Part shown: piece after piece, positions 39,250 to 52,208 of the stretch | Layout of the letters: each line of letters begins with the position of its first letter | How positions within the stretch are numbered: position 1 is the stretch's first letter | Program-made: the position numbers and the translations under genes | The notes under the pieces: model-generated | Database searches by the model: none | What the model was told of the DNA's origin: nothing | Seen by the model: the letters and a program-made list of their open reading frames with translations, nothing else | Source: Neocallimastix sp. 'constans' | Lineage: Eukaryota | NCBI GenBank assembly: GCA_050613775.1 | Contig: JBODTK010000015.1 | Span: forward strand, 372,001 to 436,000 | Length of the DNA stretch: 64,000 nt | Reading direction: 5' to 3'

Positions 39250-39510
39250 GTAATAACAATTAAAAGAAGGGATTCGCTAATGATTTTTTAATTTAATTTT
39301 TTTGTTTTAAAAAAAAAAATAGTAATTTGTAAATTTTAATAAATATAAAAAATATTATTTAAACTTTAATATATATTTTTATTTTTTAAAATATTTTAAT
39401 TAAATAAATGATTCATTTTGATTATTTTTTTTCCAAAACATTTTAGTTTTAGAAATGGTTGATCATCATTAATATTTAATAATTTAAAATATTTTAATTA
39501 TTATATAATA
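39250..39510 (+). repeat. Diverged ~270 bp repeat, copy 1 (copy 2 at about 40445-40720)
   Basis: Shared ordered motifs AAGGGATTC, AAAAATATTATTTAAA and CATTTTAGTnnTAGAAAnGGTTG. Confidence 0.6.
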
Positions 39511-40720
39511 AATTTCAAATTTTATTTATTATAAATTTACTAATATTGAAGGAGTTGATAATCTTAAATTTCAATAAAGGAAATAGAGATATCTAATTAT
39601 GAAAATTTTGATAATAATATAGTTAAAAACGAATATTTTATTATAAATTTTAATAAAAATAAATAATCTATAGAATATTAAAAATTTAAAATATTTATTA
39701 AATAAAGTTTAATTAAATAAAGTTTAATTAAATAAAGTTTAAAAAATAAATAAAAAACAAATTAAAATCAAAAGCAATTAAATTAAAATCGAATAAAACT
39801 AAAATGAAATAAATTAAAAAAAAAAAAAAAAAAAAAAAATAATTAAATAAAATAAAAAAAAAAATCCAATTAAAATAGAAAATAAATTAAATCAAAACCA
39901 ATTAAAATCATAAACAATTAAAATTAAAAAAAAATAAAAAATAAAAATAAAAAAAAATTTAAAAATTGGTAATTGATTACTACAAAAAATATAAGTATAT
40001 AGTTAAATATTTTTTGAAATATAAAATTAACTATTGTTAAATATATTTTTAAATTTTATATAAAAAAATTAGTAATAATATTCTTTCGAAATAAAATGAA
40101 ACAATAATTTTAATAATTAAATAAGTATATTTTTATTTAAATATAAAATTTAATATCAGTAATAAAATTATTATTACAAATTATTGAATATTAGAATATT
40201 AAACTTTTGTATACGTTAATTTAATAAAAATACAATAAATATTATTTTTAAACAAGATATTTTATTATAGAGTATTTTAATTTATTTATTATTGTTATTA
40301 TTTGTTTGTTTATTTTAATTTATTTTTTTTTTTTTTATTTTATTTTAATTTATTATTTTTGTTGTTAAAGGTTTAATTTTTAAATAAATTTAATTTTATT
40401 TTTATGTTTTGATATAATATTCTGTTTAACTAATAATAACTTAAAAATAATAATTATAAAAAGGGATTCCATCGGGGATGAAATGCTATTATTTTGTACT
40501 TGTATTTTAATTTAAGTTAATATTTCTGAAAATTTTATTAATTATTAAAAATATTATTTAAATTATTATAATATACTTTTTAATATTTTAAAATATTTTT
40601 ATTATAGTAATATTTTGTAGTAATTAATTTTTAATTTTCTAAAGCATTTTAGTCATAGAAACGGTTGGTAAACAACACTATTTAATATTTTAAACATCTT
40701 AATTTTTAAATAATAAATAT

Positions 40721-41098
40721 TTTATGAAAAATATACAAATTGAGGCTTGTGCCAAATTGTATGAAATTTATTACAATGATTTTAAATAATTAGATTTAAT
40801 ACAACAAGAAAATAAAGAAAATATATTTTAAATTTAAATTTAATTTATTTTAATTATAAAAATAATATATGTCAAAATCTTTGTTTGCTAACAATTACTA
40901 TTACAAATTAAATTTATTTAGTATATTAAATTAATGTTTTAATTATATTGATATTATAATCTTAATATTTAATAATATTTATATTTCTATATTATTAATA
41001 TTGTTTAATTAATTACTATTATTATGTAAATTACAAAATATAAAATGAAGATGAAAAAATCTATCTTTTATATTCTTTGTAAGGTTATTGAAAAATTA
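40721..41098 (+). repeat. ~380 bp direct repeat, copy 2
   Basis: Near-identical to 23349-23741; has GTAAG where copy 1 has GCAAG. Confidence 0.9.
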
Positions 41099-41399
41099 GC
41101 ATAATAGTAATGTTTTATATATTTCATTATTAAATAAAAAGAAATAATTATAAATAAAATTAATCAAATAACCTCAATTATTAAAATAAATTTTTATTTA
41201 TTAAACCAAATTATTCAAAAAAATTTATGATAATAATGTTAAAATTTTAATATAAATTTAAAACATAAATTATATTAAAATTTTAATATCCCTATTTTTT
41301 GCTATTTAACCAATTTAGTTAGAACACGTATCAATTAACCATAAAATATATATATAAAAATATTAAAGGATATTATAAAAATTTTATAAAAATTTCAGG

Positions 41400-41545
41400 A
41401 TTGATGCTTCTTTAAATAAACTTATAAGTAAAAATATTTCATTTATTTGTACCAAAAAAACAAACTAGATTTGATAAATTAAAAAACTTTATTATTCAAG
41501 CTCCTATTTTAGCTTTTAAAAATGGTTTAGGTGAAGTATTATTAC
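41400..41545 (+). pseudogene. Short Gypsy RT-RNase H linker remnant
   Basis: Fragments ASLNKLISKN, FDKLK, IQAPILAF and GLGEVLL. Confidence 0.55.
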
Positions 41546-42269
41546 ATGTTGTATATCCAATCCTAAATCCTAAATGAGTAAAAGAAAAAAAGAAAATTTT
41601 ACTGTAGTTGCATGTTTTTCTGTTGAATTTGAAATTTTGTTTTTCTTACTTAATAGGCATACAGTACAATTTTGAATAAATTTTCTAATATCAATAGTTA
41701 CACATTTCTAATTACAAGTACTCTATAGTCTTTTGTAAGTATTTCTAAATAATGTGCTATATTTATTGGCTGAAATTTGTCTTCGTTGTTTCCTAATAAT
41801 TTTTCTGATTTCCTAAAGTTATCTCAGTCTTTAATATATTCTCCATTTAACTTTAAAAATATGATGTTCTAAAATATCATAATGTAAAGTTTTAATAAGA
41901 TCTTTAATAATTAATATAATAATTAATGTAATAAAATTACATAAATTTATAATTCACATGTATAAAATTTATTATAAATTTATATAAACTTTTTCAAAAG
42001 GAAAATTAATATTTAAATAATTTTGAATAATAAATTTAATTTAAATAATTTATTTAATTTAGTTTAGTTAGTTTAAAATACTTTAAAATTACTTTCGGAG
42101 TAGTTTTAAATAGTTAAAATTAATTTAAATAGTCCATAAAATAGTTTTGAATTGAAAATACATAAAATATATATTAATAACATTTATATAATAAATAGAT
42201 AATAATAAATGAGTTTTTGAATTAATTATTGTTTAGTTTTAGTTAATTGTTATTTAATATTTTTATTTT

Positions 42270-42530
42270 CAGCAGTAGACAATTGTATGTAGTGTTGTAA
42301 CTTAGAATATCAAGAAATTAATGTTTTACACATATTTATAATAAATCTTGTTGTAGATATATTTGGTCAATTTATTTCCTCTTAATTTTGCATTCACAGA
42401 TTTAATTAATTAATATAGTATAAATCTATAATATTATGTACCTTTTAAATACCTAAACATTATTTCGATGTTATACCAAATTTCAAATGAAGAATGTTAT
42501 TCGCTCAATATCTAGTTTTGTTCTCATATA
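42270..42530 (-). pseudogene. Highly decayed Copia RT/RNase H remnant
   Basis: The minus strand reads MFRYLKGT, STTRFI and LSTAE fragments. Confidence 0.55.
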
Positions 42531-45129
42531 TTAAAAATAAATAGTATTTCTAATAATAATAATATATATATATTTTATATAGTTATAATAAATTTGTTTA
42601 ATATCTAAATTTATATATTTTAGAGAATGATTATAACATATACTTTTATTAGTTTTAATGTATAATTTTATTAATGACTTAATTTTATGAAAAATATATA
42701 AAATATTATTAATGAATTGTCTTTAAAATATGTTGAATATATTGAAAAATTTTAATACAATTGGAACAAAAATAATTTTTTATCTTCTTTTAGTTTTGGC
42801 AATAAAATTTTTTATTTTATGAAATATTATGAATGCTTTTAAAGAGATTTAAAAATAATAAGTATATAAAGAATTTAAGAATATAAAATATAATTATTTG
42901 CATTTATAATATTTAAATATTAATTTCAATCCAAAATTATGAATTCGTTGAAAGTATTATTTATTTTTAACAAATATACTATATAATATATATATTAATA
43001 ACTAATTTAGTTATTTATAAGAATTTAAATTATAATTTAATAAATTGAAATTTAAAAAATGATAATGAAATTTGAAAGTATTGCATTTTTATATTAAACT
43101 TTATTTATGCTAGTAATTAATGTTTAAAACGATAACAAATATACTCCTAAATTTAATAAAATACATTATAATATATATTGCTTTTATTATAAATTATTTA
43201 AATATATTATTTAGATTTTTAAATAAAATTAACTATAAGTGATTTTAATATAAATATTACATTTTATAATAATATACTATTCAAATCTAAATTTTCTAAA
43301 TACTTTACAAAAAGTTTAATAATAAAATTTTTATTTTTATTCATTTTTATTCTTATTTGTATTTTTTCTAAAATTTTACTTTTATTATATTTATATTTAT
43401 ATTATAATAATATAAATTTTTGTTATTATTAAATCTATTTTAACTTTTTAATAACTTCTATTTATTTTTTTTTCTATTATTTCCCCTAATTTTTTTGATT
43501 ATAAACTTTTCATCTTATTCTTAATATAATTTAAATATGATTGTTTTTTTATGGATATTCAAATCTAATAGTAATATTATTTTTCAAAACTTTCTTCATC
43601 AATTCAACTAATTTTATTATAATTTGGGATTTTGGACCAAAATTATTAATTATTTTATTCATTAATTCCTTGATTTCATTTATATATATTAAATATCTAG
43701 TATATTCTATAATAATTTAATTCATTGTCTATCATTAAACTTTTTATTTTAAAATTATATATTTATTATTTAGTTCGAAAGAGTTTGAAAATTTTATAAT
43801 CGACTTTTTTTTATTACAATAATTTATATATTCTTAAACAATATTATAAATTATTTTAATTATATTGATATTTATTATTATAATTTAGTTATTTTTATTA
43901 ATTATTATTATTTAAATTATGTAACATCAAATTTTTATTATTATTATTTATCTAATTCACATTTTTTTAAATAAATTACTTTTATTCATTTATTCTATTT
44001 TCAATTTCAATCTATTGATTATTTTTATATTATTCAATATTTTATAATTACATATATGCTAAATTATTTCTATTATATTTAATACCAATAGAAACAGTAT
44101 TAATGATCGCATAAATAATTTACAGAATAAGAATTCATTTTTAATATTAATATCAAATCCATTCTTTATAAATATTTATAATTTAGTTTCATGGAAATTC
44201 ATTCCTAATAATTTAAATTTTATAAATAATTTATTAAAATTATTTTTTTTATCATAAATAAATTTATATTCTGTTAAATCTCTGTTATATATATAATTCT
44301 TTTGATGAATCATTAACATTATTATAATCCCTTGTGTCATTTCTTTTATATATTTATATTTTTTAAATTCGTTAATTATTTTACTTAATAATAATAAAAA
44401 TTTGTTGTTTTCAAATATTGAAAAGATATTTTAATTATAATATATATATTTATATCATAATTCCTTTAAATTATATTAAAAAGAAATTTTCAAATGAAAA
44501 TAAATTTATTATAATAAAAGTTTGTTTACTTAATTTTGAAATTTAATGAACAATAATTTAAAAGCTTTTTCTTTTGTTATTTATCAATAATAATTTTTAA
44601 GATTGTAAACTCCGAAAATAGCTTACAAATATTTTATTTAAAAGTATTATTTAATATAAAATTAATTTCTAACTAAATGCATTTTAAATAGATTTAAAAT
44701 ATTATTTACAATTTAAATAATTAATAGATATAATTCAAAATTCACAATTTTATTTAATAGTAATTGTTTTTTATTTTAATTATAATTTGATTGGTATATT
44801 TTACAATTTGATAAATATTTATGTATAAAATTATTAGATTAAATGTTATCTAACAAGATATATAAATATTCATTATATATTTATATTTTTTAAATCTAAG
44901 TAATTATATTATGTTGTGGTTTCATTATTTTAGTTTAAAAACTTTGAAAATTTATAAATTTTACAACATAAATTTTGATGAAGAGATGACGGTAAAAAAA
45001 TATAGTACTTCCACAATTCATATTGATGATAATACAAATTATTATTATAATCAAAATATTAAAGATTGACAATAAATATATTCAGTATTGTAAAAATATA
45101 ATAATAGAATCTAACTATAATTTTTATAA

Positions 45130-45700
45130 TCAAACATCAAATTATCTAAAGAATTATATGGTTTAAAACAAATGATTGCTAATGAAATTAAGTAAATAGT
45201 AAATCTTAAATAAAAAACTAATTCAAATTATAAGGTGCAAAATGTCTCTTTGATTATAAAATAATAATATAACCATGCACTAAAACCTAATATGTATTTA
45301 AAAATATTAATAACAATTAACAAGAATTAAAGAAGAAATTATTATTAATATTAATATTATAAAGAATAAATTTTAACTATCCTAATATGAAGAAAGAAAT
45401 CTCATTTTTTGTTTGAATGGCAGAAAAAATAGATTAGAACATTCAATCTCCCTAGAAAATTATATTTAAAATATTTTAATAAAATTAAATATAAAAAATA
45501 TATTTCTACTTCATATACTTACGATTAAATAAAATTAATAAACCATCATTTGATATGAATATTTAACATAGCATAATTGGCTTACTAGTAAATATATCAA
45601 ATCAACAATACCAAATATATTATTCTCCATTAGCAAAGAAGAAAAATTTAACGACTAACGATATAAGACTGGAACAATGTAATAAATATTATAAAATATT
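45130..45700 (+). pseudogene. Highly decayed Copia RT remnant
   Basis: KLSKELYGLKQ plus downstream RT-like fragments. Confidence 0.5.
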
Positions 45701-46899
45701 TGAGTCAAATTTAAAATTATTATATCATCACTTCAACTTTGACATATATTTACATATAGTAAATTTACTTCATGAAATATTATTTTAATTAATTTAAAAA
45801 TATTTATATTTTATTAAATTATCTATTGTTTTATTATTTTTAATTTTATTTATATTTATTTACTGTTATCACTTTTTTAAATATTAAAAATTTCATCAAA
45901 AAAGGATAATTATATATAATTTTATCTTAATTTTAATCATCAATAGTAAAATAAAACTATAATGTTTCATTTATATTTATTATTTTTATATTTATATTTA
46001 TTAAAATATAATATTATTAAAAATAAATTTTAATATAATATGTAAATTTTAATAATTGATTTTTGTCTAAAATTATTTAAGTACAAAATACTTTAAATGC
46101 AAAATATTATATTTTTTAAAAAAGAAATATTTAAAAATATAAATATTAAATATATGGAAGAATAAAAGATGATAAGACATATATTTTTAGTCCACATCAA
46201 TTAATTATAAATATATTATTTATATTAATAAATAATTTTATTTTTAATATAAATTATGTTAAGCGTAAAGTTATTATTTAACAATGATATTTTCAAATTA
46301 ATATTTTTGAATAAAACTTTAAATTAAAGTAAAAAATATAATATATATTAATTATATTGTATATGAAAAAATTAAAAATCATTAATTATTAAATATTATA
46401 AATTGATAAGGTCAACAGTATAAAATAAAGAATAATCATACCAAACTAGAATTATAATATTATATAAAAAATAATTTAAAAATATAATATTTATATATAA
46501 AATTTCAAGAATCATTAAGCTTTAAATTCAAAATCATCAATTAAAAGGTACTAATAATAAAAGAATAAATAATAAATTTTTAAAATTATTAATTCATAAA
46601 TCTCAAAAGATAAATTCATTTGTTAAAGTAATAGCAACTTTTATTATTATATAATAATATTAGTTTAATAAGTTAATTTACTTTATGAATATATTTAATA
46701 ACCTCCAATAATATATAGTTCATTTGCTATAAGCAAATTATATAATATATATAATAATATATATTATACATTATAAATTTATTTAATTTAAATTCTAAAT
46801 AAATTAAAAATATTTATATATTTTGTTATATTCTCTAACTTTAATTAAATATAATATTAAATCAATAAAAAATATTAGCAATATATATTACATCCCAAA

Positions 46900-48900
46900 A
46901 TTTATTTATTAGTTAAAAGTGTATTTGGAAATGATATAACTCTGATTCGAAGTATTATTTATAACCAGCGATTATCATATCATCAACATATAAACCAATA
47001 ACACATACTAATAAATTGTTATTTTTCTTGAAGAAAACACATTTTTCAGAAATTGATTGAGAAAAACCTTGTTTAATAAGAAAATTAGAAATGGTAATAT
47101 ACAATTGTCGACCTGATTGTTTTAAACTATACAGAGCTTTGTCAAGTTTACAATAACCACGCCCAAAGTTGGTTCATTAAAATTTTTATCGTTTTCTAAA
47201 TTAGTATTAGAAAAATTTTAGTCTAAGTATTATTATTAACTAAATTCTTATTATTGAATTTTTCATTATTAATTGATAAAAAATTTTATTTAAATTATTT
47301 TCATCAAATCTATTATTAGTTAAGATTTGGTCATTATTAAAATTTTTTCTTCAGAATTTATTAAAAATGTTTTCATTAGAATTATTCCGATTTTTAAGAT
47401 TACACTTGAGTCTGAGTTATTAACTAGATTTTCATTATGGAGTTCATTATTATAATTAATGGAATAGTTACTATTTGAATTTATTTTGTCTGTAGTTTTT
47501 GAATTTATAAAAATAATATTGGAGTTATTAATGTCATTTCAGAGTAATTGTTGATTAGATTTTTCAACTGTATTAGATGAAATATTATTTTTTCAGATGG
47601 GTTTTTAGAATTTTCAATTTATTAAATTTTGATTGTTTTTGTTTTTATCTAATTCAATATTTACATTATAAGTCTGACCATAATTTAAACAATTAAAAAC
47701 TAAAAATTAAAAAATCTATATCTTTTTTGTTATTTTTAATATTATTTTGAATTTTGAGATTAGCTGGAACTTTTTCCAAGCAATTGATATCACGAACTAA
47801 GTGTATTATAAAATTGTAATAATCCATGATTATATAGCAACTAAATTTTTCGCTATACCCTAGAAAAATTCCTTTCTTTGTATTTGGAGTAAACTTTTTT
47901 CTTTTTAAATGAAGGGTTTTTATAAGTGATATAACCAAATACTTTTATATGGTTAATTTTGATTTTATTGGTATAAAAGGCTTCATTAGGTATTTTACTA
48001 TTATTACCTGAATGTGGAATTTTGTTATAAATATAATTAGCGTATTTGGTATACTACAATTAGTGGTTTTTTTTAAAAATAATAATAAATTATTAATTAA
48101 TTAATAAATACCTAAATAAGCGAATATTATTAATTAAAATAAAATAGTATTTATAATATTTAATTCATTAGTATTCTTATTTATTGAAAATATTTGGCGT
48201 TTATTGTTAATGATATTATTTTTGTGTATAGCATTAATTCATAATTCAATGTTTCATTTACCTGAAAGGAGGCAATTTTATTATAATCTTTGTCTAATAA
48301 TTTTAAATATACAATATTGTTATTACTGTTGATCAAATTATTTACGCCATCTTTTGCCCATTCTACTTCACTAATAATATTTTAAATTACATCTGAAAAA
48401 TATAGTATATGTTTTAGTATAAAAGTATGATAATTTATCCTGAATTCAAATTCTCCATATCCTTCAAATTTACATTCGGTATTATTTATGCATATTAAAT
48501 TGATGTTTTCTTTTGTATAATTTTTCTAAGAGTAATTTATTGCATTTAATATGTTCTCAGGCTCCGGAATCATATAATCATATAGATGTTTTCATTATTG
48601 ATTAAATTTGTATTAAATTCTTTACTATATTCTTTATTATATTCTTTATTATATTCTTTCTCAATCTTATTGACGTTTAAATATTTGTCAATAGCAAAAT
48701 TTTTATCATAACGATTAATGAATAAAGCAAACTTTTTGCCATTATTATTTGAATGTTGATTATTTTTGATGTAAGGATTATCTTCAATAATCGTTTTTAA
48801 TTCATTAAAATTTAAGTCAAAGTTATATTTATTACCTAATTTGAATTTATTATTATAATTGATATACCTTTTAATGTTATTTCTTCTCCTATTATTATTG
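46900..48900 (-). mobile_element. Deleted Ty1/Copia relic (protease, integrase C-terminus, part of RT)
   Basis: KLDKAL.SLKQSGR, GLYVDDMI, KKGIFLGYS (ORF 47693-47938) and a YDSGA.EH-like protease fragment. Confidence 0.8.
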
Positions 48901-48938
48901 TTTCTTCATTCTTCATTATTATAAAAGCTATCAATCAT

Positions 48939-51900
48939 TTGACGAGTGAAGAAATCAATTCAAATGATAGTTATATCATTTGGACCTACGATACAGGATG
49001 TTCAGAACATATTACAAATATTAAAAATATCTTAAAGAATTTTCGTAATGAAAGAATCCAAATGAGATGTGCAAATAATTCCATTTGTGAATTTCAAGGC
49101 ATTGGAACATTCGAAGGAACAATCAATAATGAAATAATCCGATTAGACAATGTTTATTGTTCTAAAAGAATCAATAAAAATTTATTAAGTGGATTTAAAT
49201 TATACAGGAATAGATATTCAAGTGAAATCAACAAAACATCACTTATTCTTAAAAAGACTGACGACATAACTGATAAAGAAAAAATCATTGGATAGTTCAA
49301 TGTTGACGAATTCAACATTGCAAGAATTCCAATAAAACTAATAGTACCATCAATTTCAAGTGTAACTAATAATAAAAATGAATTGGATGATTATAGCAAA
49401 ACCATATGGCACAATCGTTTAGGACACTTCTATCACAATAATTTATCACAATACCTAGAATTACACAACGTAAAGAAACATGAATGCTTGAATTGTAAAA
49501 TTTCTAAACTTAAAAGATTACCTCATAATGGTATTCCTCCTACAGCTTCCGGAATATTAGAAACAATTCATTCAGATCTAATAGGTCCTATGGGCATTAC
49601 ATCTGGAACAGGCAAGAAATTCATCTTAACATTTATTGATGAATTTTCCAGAAAATTATGGATATTTTTACTTAAAAGGAAAAGAGATATTCCTAATACT
49701 ACTTAAAACAATTTCAAATCGCTTCAACTGTAATATTAAATTCTTTAAAACCGATAATGGATTGGAATTTAAAAATAAGAAAATTAAAAAATATTGCTTA
49801 AAGAACGGTATTACTAAACTCTATTCGCCTCCTTATAATCCCGAGAATAATGGCAAAGCAGAAAGATTCAATCAAACATTGATCAATTGCGCAAGAACCC
49901 TTTTATCTTGGAGTAAGCTAGATCAAAAGTTTTGGGATTATGCAATTAACTATGCGAATTAGTTATATAATATTAACCCACATAGAAGTATAGGAAATGC
50001 CATACCTAATGAAGTCTTCTTCAATAAAAAGGTTGATTTAAAATATATTAAAACATTTGGGTGTATTTCCTATTATAAAAACTTTTCACAAAATATATTA
50101 CGAAGACCCCAAGTTACATTTAGTCCGAGTAGTATTTGATGAAGATCAACCCACGAACTTTATACTCTACCAGATGAAAACTATAAGGAACAAAAGGCTT
50201 CACAAGCAATCCATTACTTTTCAAATGACACTGATATTGTTATTGAAAATGAACCTCATACAAGTAATGAACAAACAACTTTAAACGACGAATACACTAT
50301 AGATGATGTTTTAGAAAATCTAAATTCATTTAAAATTTCATCTGATAACAATTTCCATTTGAACCCTATTACTATCAATAATACGATTGGCAAAAGAAGA
50401 CATACCTTTGATGATAATATTCTCAATAAAAGGAAAAATGTTGGATAATATCACTTAAACCGGGTAAAAATAAAGAAGAATGGTTAAATGCTATTAATGA
50501 CGAATTAAATAATTTATATAGTAACAAAATTATGACTTACATTTCTAAATTACCAGAAGATAAAAAACCTATAAAAACAAAATGGATTTTCAACATAAAA
50601 AAGGATAATAATAACATGATCACTAGATTTAAAGCACATATAGTCGCAAAGGCTTCAGCCAAATCCGAGGAATCGATTATGAATTAACATTCTCCCCAAC
50701 TTTAAGTATTGACAGCATGAAATTTATTATTTCATTAGCAGCAATATTTCATTGGAATATTTTCCAACCCGATATTAAAGCTGCTTACTTAAACACAAAA
50801 TTAAATAAGGATATTTTTGTTAATATTCTTCAAGGAGACAAAAATTATGGTAAGGGCTATTGGAAATTAAATAAGGTGCTTTACGGATTAAAGCAATCGG
50901 AAAGAGTATGGAATGAAACTATTACTGTTTTTCTTGAAAACATTGGATTTCAACAACTTGTCTCTGAACCATGTATATTTAAAAAGGTCAATAAGGAAAG
51001 TACATCATGTATAATCGGCATTTATGTTGATGACATGATTATTACAGATAAGGACCAAGAAATTTCCAAAACCATTAAATTAATAAAAGAAAAATTCAAA
51101 ATTTCAAATTGTGAAAGAATCAACTATTTACTTAGTATAACAGTAGAAAAACAGAATAACTCATACTTAATTTCTCAGATTACTTACATTAAAAATATTT
51201 TATCAAAATTCAAAATTAATAATACTCCTAAAACTAATACACCTTGTACTGGTGATAATATAAACGAAAATAACAATCCGTTTAATAAAACAACATATAA
51301 AAGTGCCTTAGGTTCCCTTATTTATTTAGCTAAATGTAGTTGTCCTGATATCTCATTTGCTGTTAATAAAGCCACTAGGAAAGCTGAGAACCCAAATATT
51401 TCAGACTGGAATAAGATAATTAATATTCTTAAATATTTAAATTCAACTTTAAATTATAAAATTAAATACACAGGAACAGGGGAATTTTTTACTTTTACGG
51501 ACGCTGACTTAGGGGGAGATATAACTGATAAAAAGTCAACCTCCGGAAATATAATTCTTATGGGAAAAAGCCCAATTTGTTGGTCATCAAAAAAGCAATC
51601 TACAGTAGCTACCTCTGCAATGGAAGCGAAATATATCGGAACTTCAGAATGCGTAAAAAAGGTACTTTGGATAAGAAATATGTTAACTGAATTATTCAGT
51701 TTCGACAAACCAATTAAAATTTACACTGACAACATTTCTAGTAAAACAATAATTGAAAATGGACAATTAAATTCAAAATTAAGACATATTAATTTAAAAT
51801 TCTATTTTAACAAAGATCATATTAAAATGAAAAGAATTATATTAGAATATATTGATACGGAAAGAATGTTAGCTGACGTTTTGACTAAAACGGTTAATGG

Positions 51901-52208
51901 ACCTAAAATGAAGAAATTCTCAAACATAATTTTTGATATAACAGAAAATTAAGTTTGACAGGGGAATGTTAGAATATAAAGAATTATTGTATTAAATTTA
52001 TTATATTAATATTCGTTATATAATTTATCTCATTATATTTGAAATACTTCTTTAATTAATTGTAATAAAAGTTCATTATATTTGGCACTAGCCACAACAA
52101 GTATAAATAAAATGTAATTTTTCTAAATTTGTTAACATTGTAATTACCTATTAAATATTTTAATAAATAAAGTTTATATTAAAACCAAATATCATTTTAT
52201 TCTTAACG
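48939..52208 (+). mobile_element. Ty1/Copia element lacking gag and 5' LTR: PR-IN-RT-RNase H, PPT and probable 3' LTR (51967 to about 52208)
   Basis: WTYDTGCSEH, WHNRLGH, IHSDLIGP, KTDNGLEF, NGKAER, LYGLKQS, YVDD, DADLGGD, MLADVLTK in Copia order; AGGGGGAA-TGTTAG junction. Confidence 0.95.

Noticed and set aside
42600..44950. Possible hidden minus-strand coding relic
   Set aside because: Patchy codon-like texture but no motif I can identify.
46900..51952. Divergent Copia pair as a single inverted-repeat element
   Set aside because: The two halves are diverged at nucleotide level and separately deleted; better explained as two relics joined by deletion.
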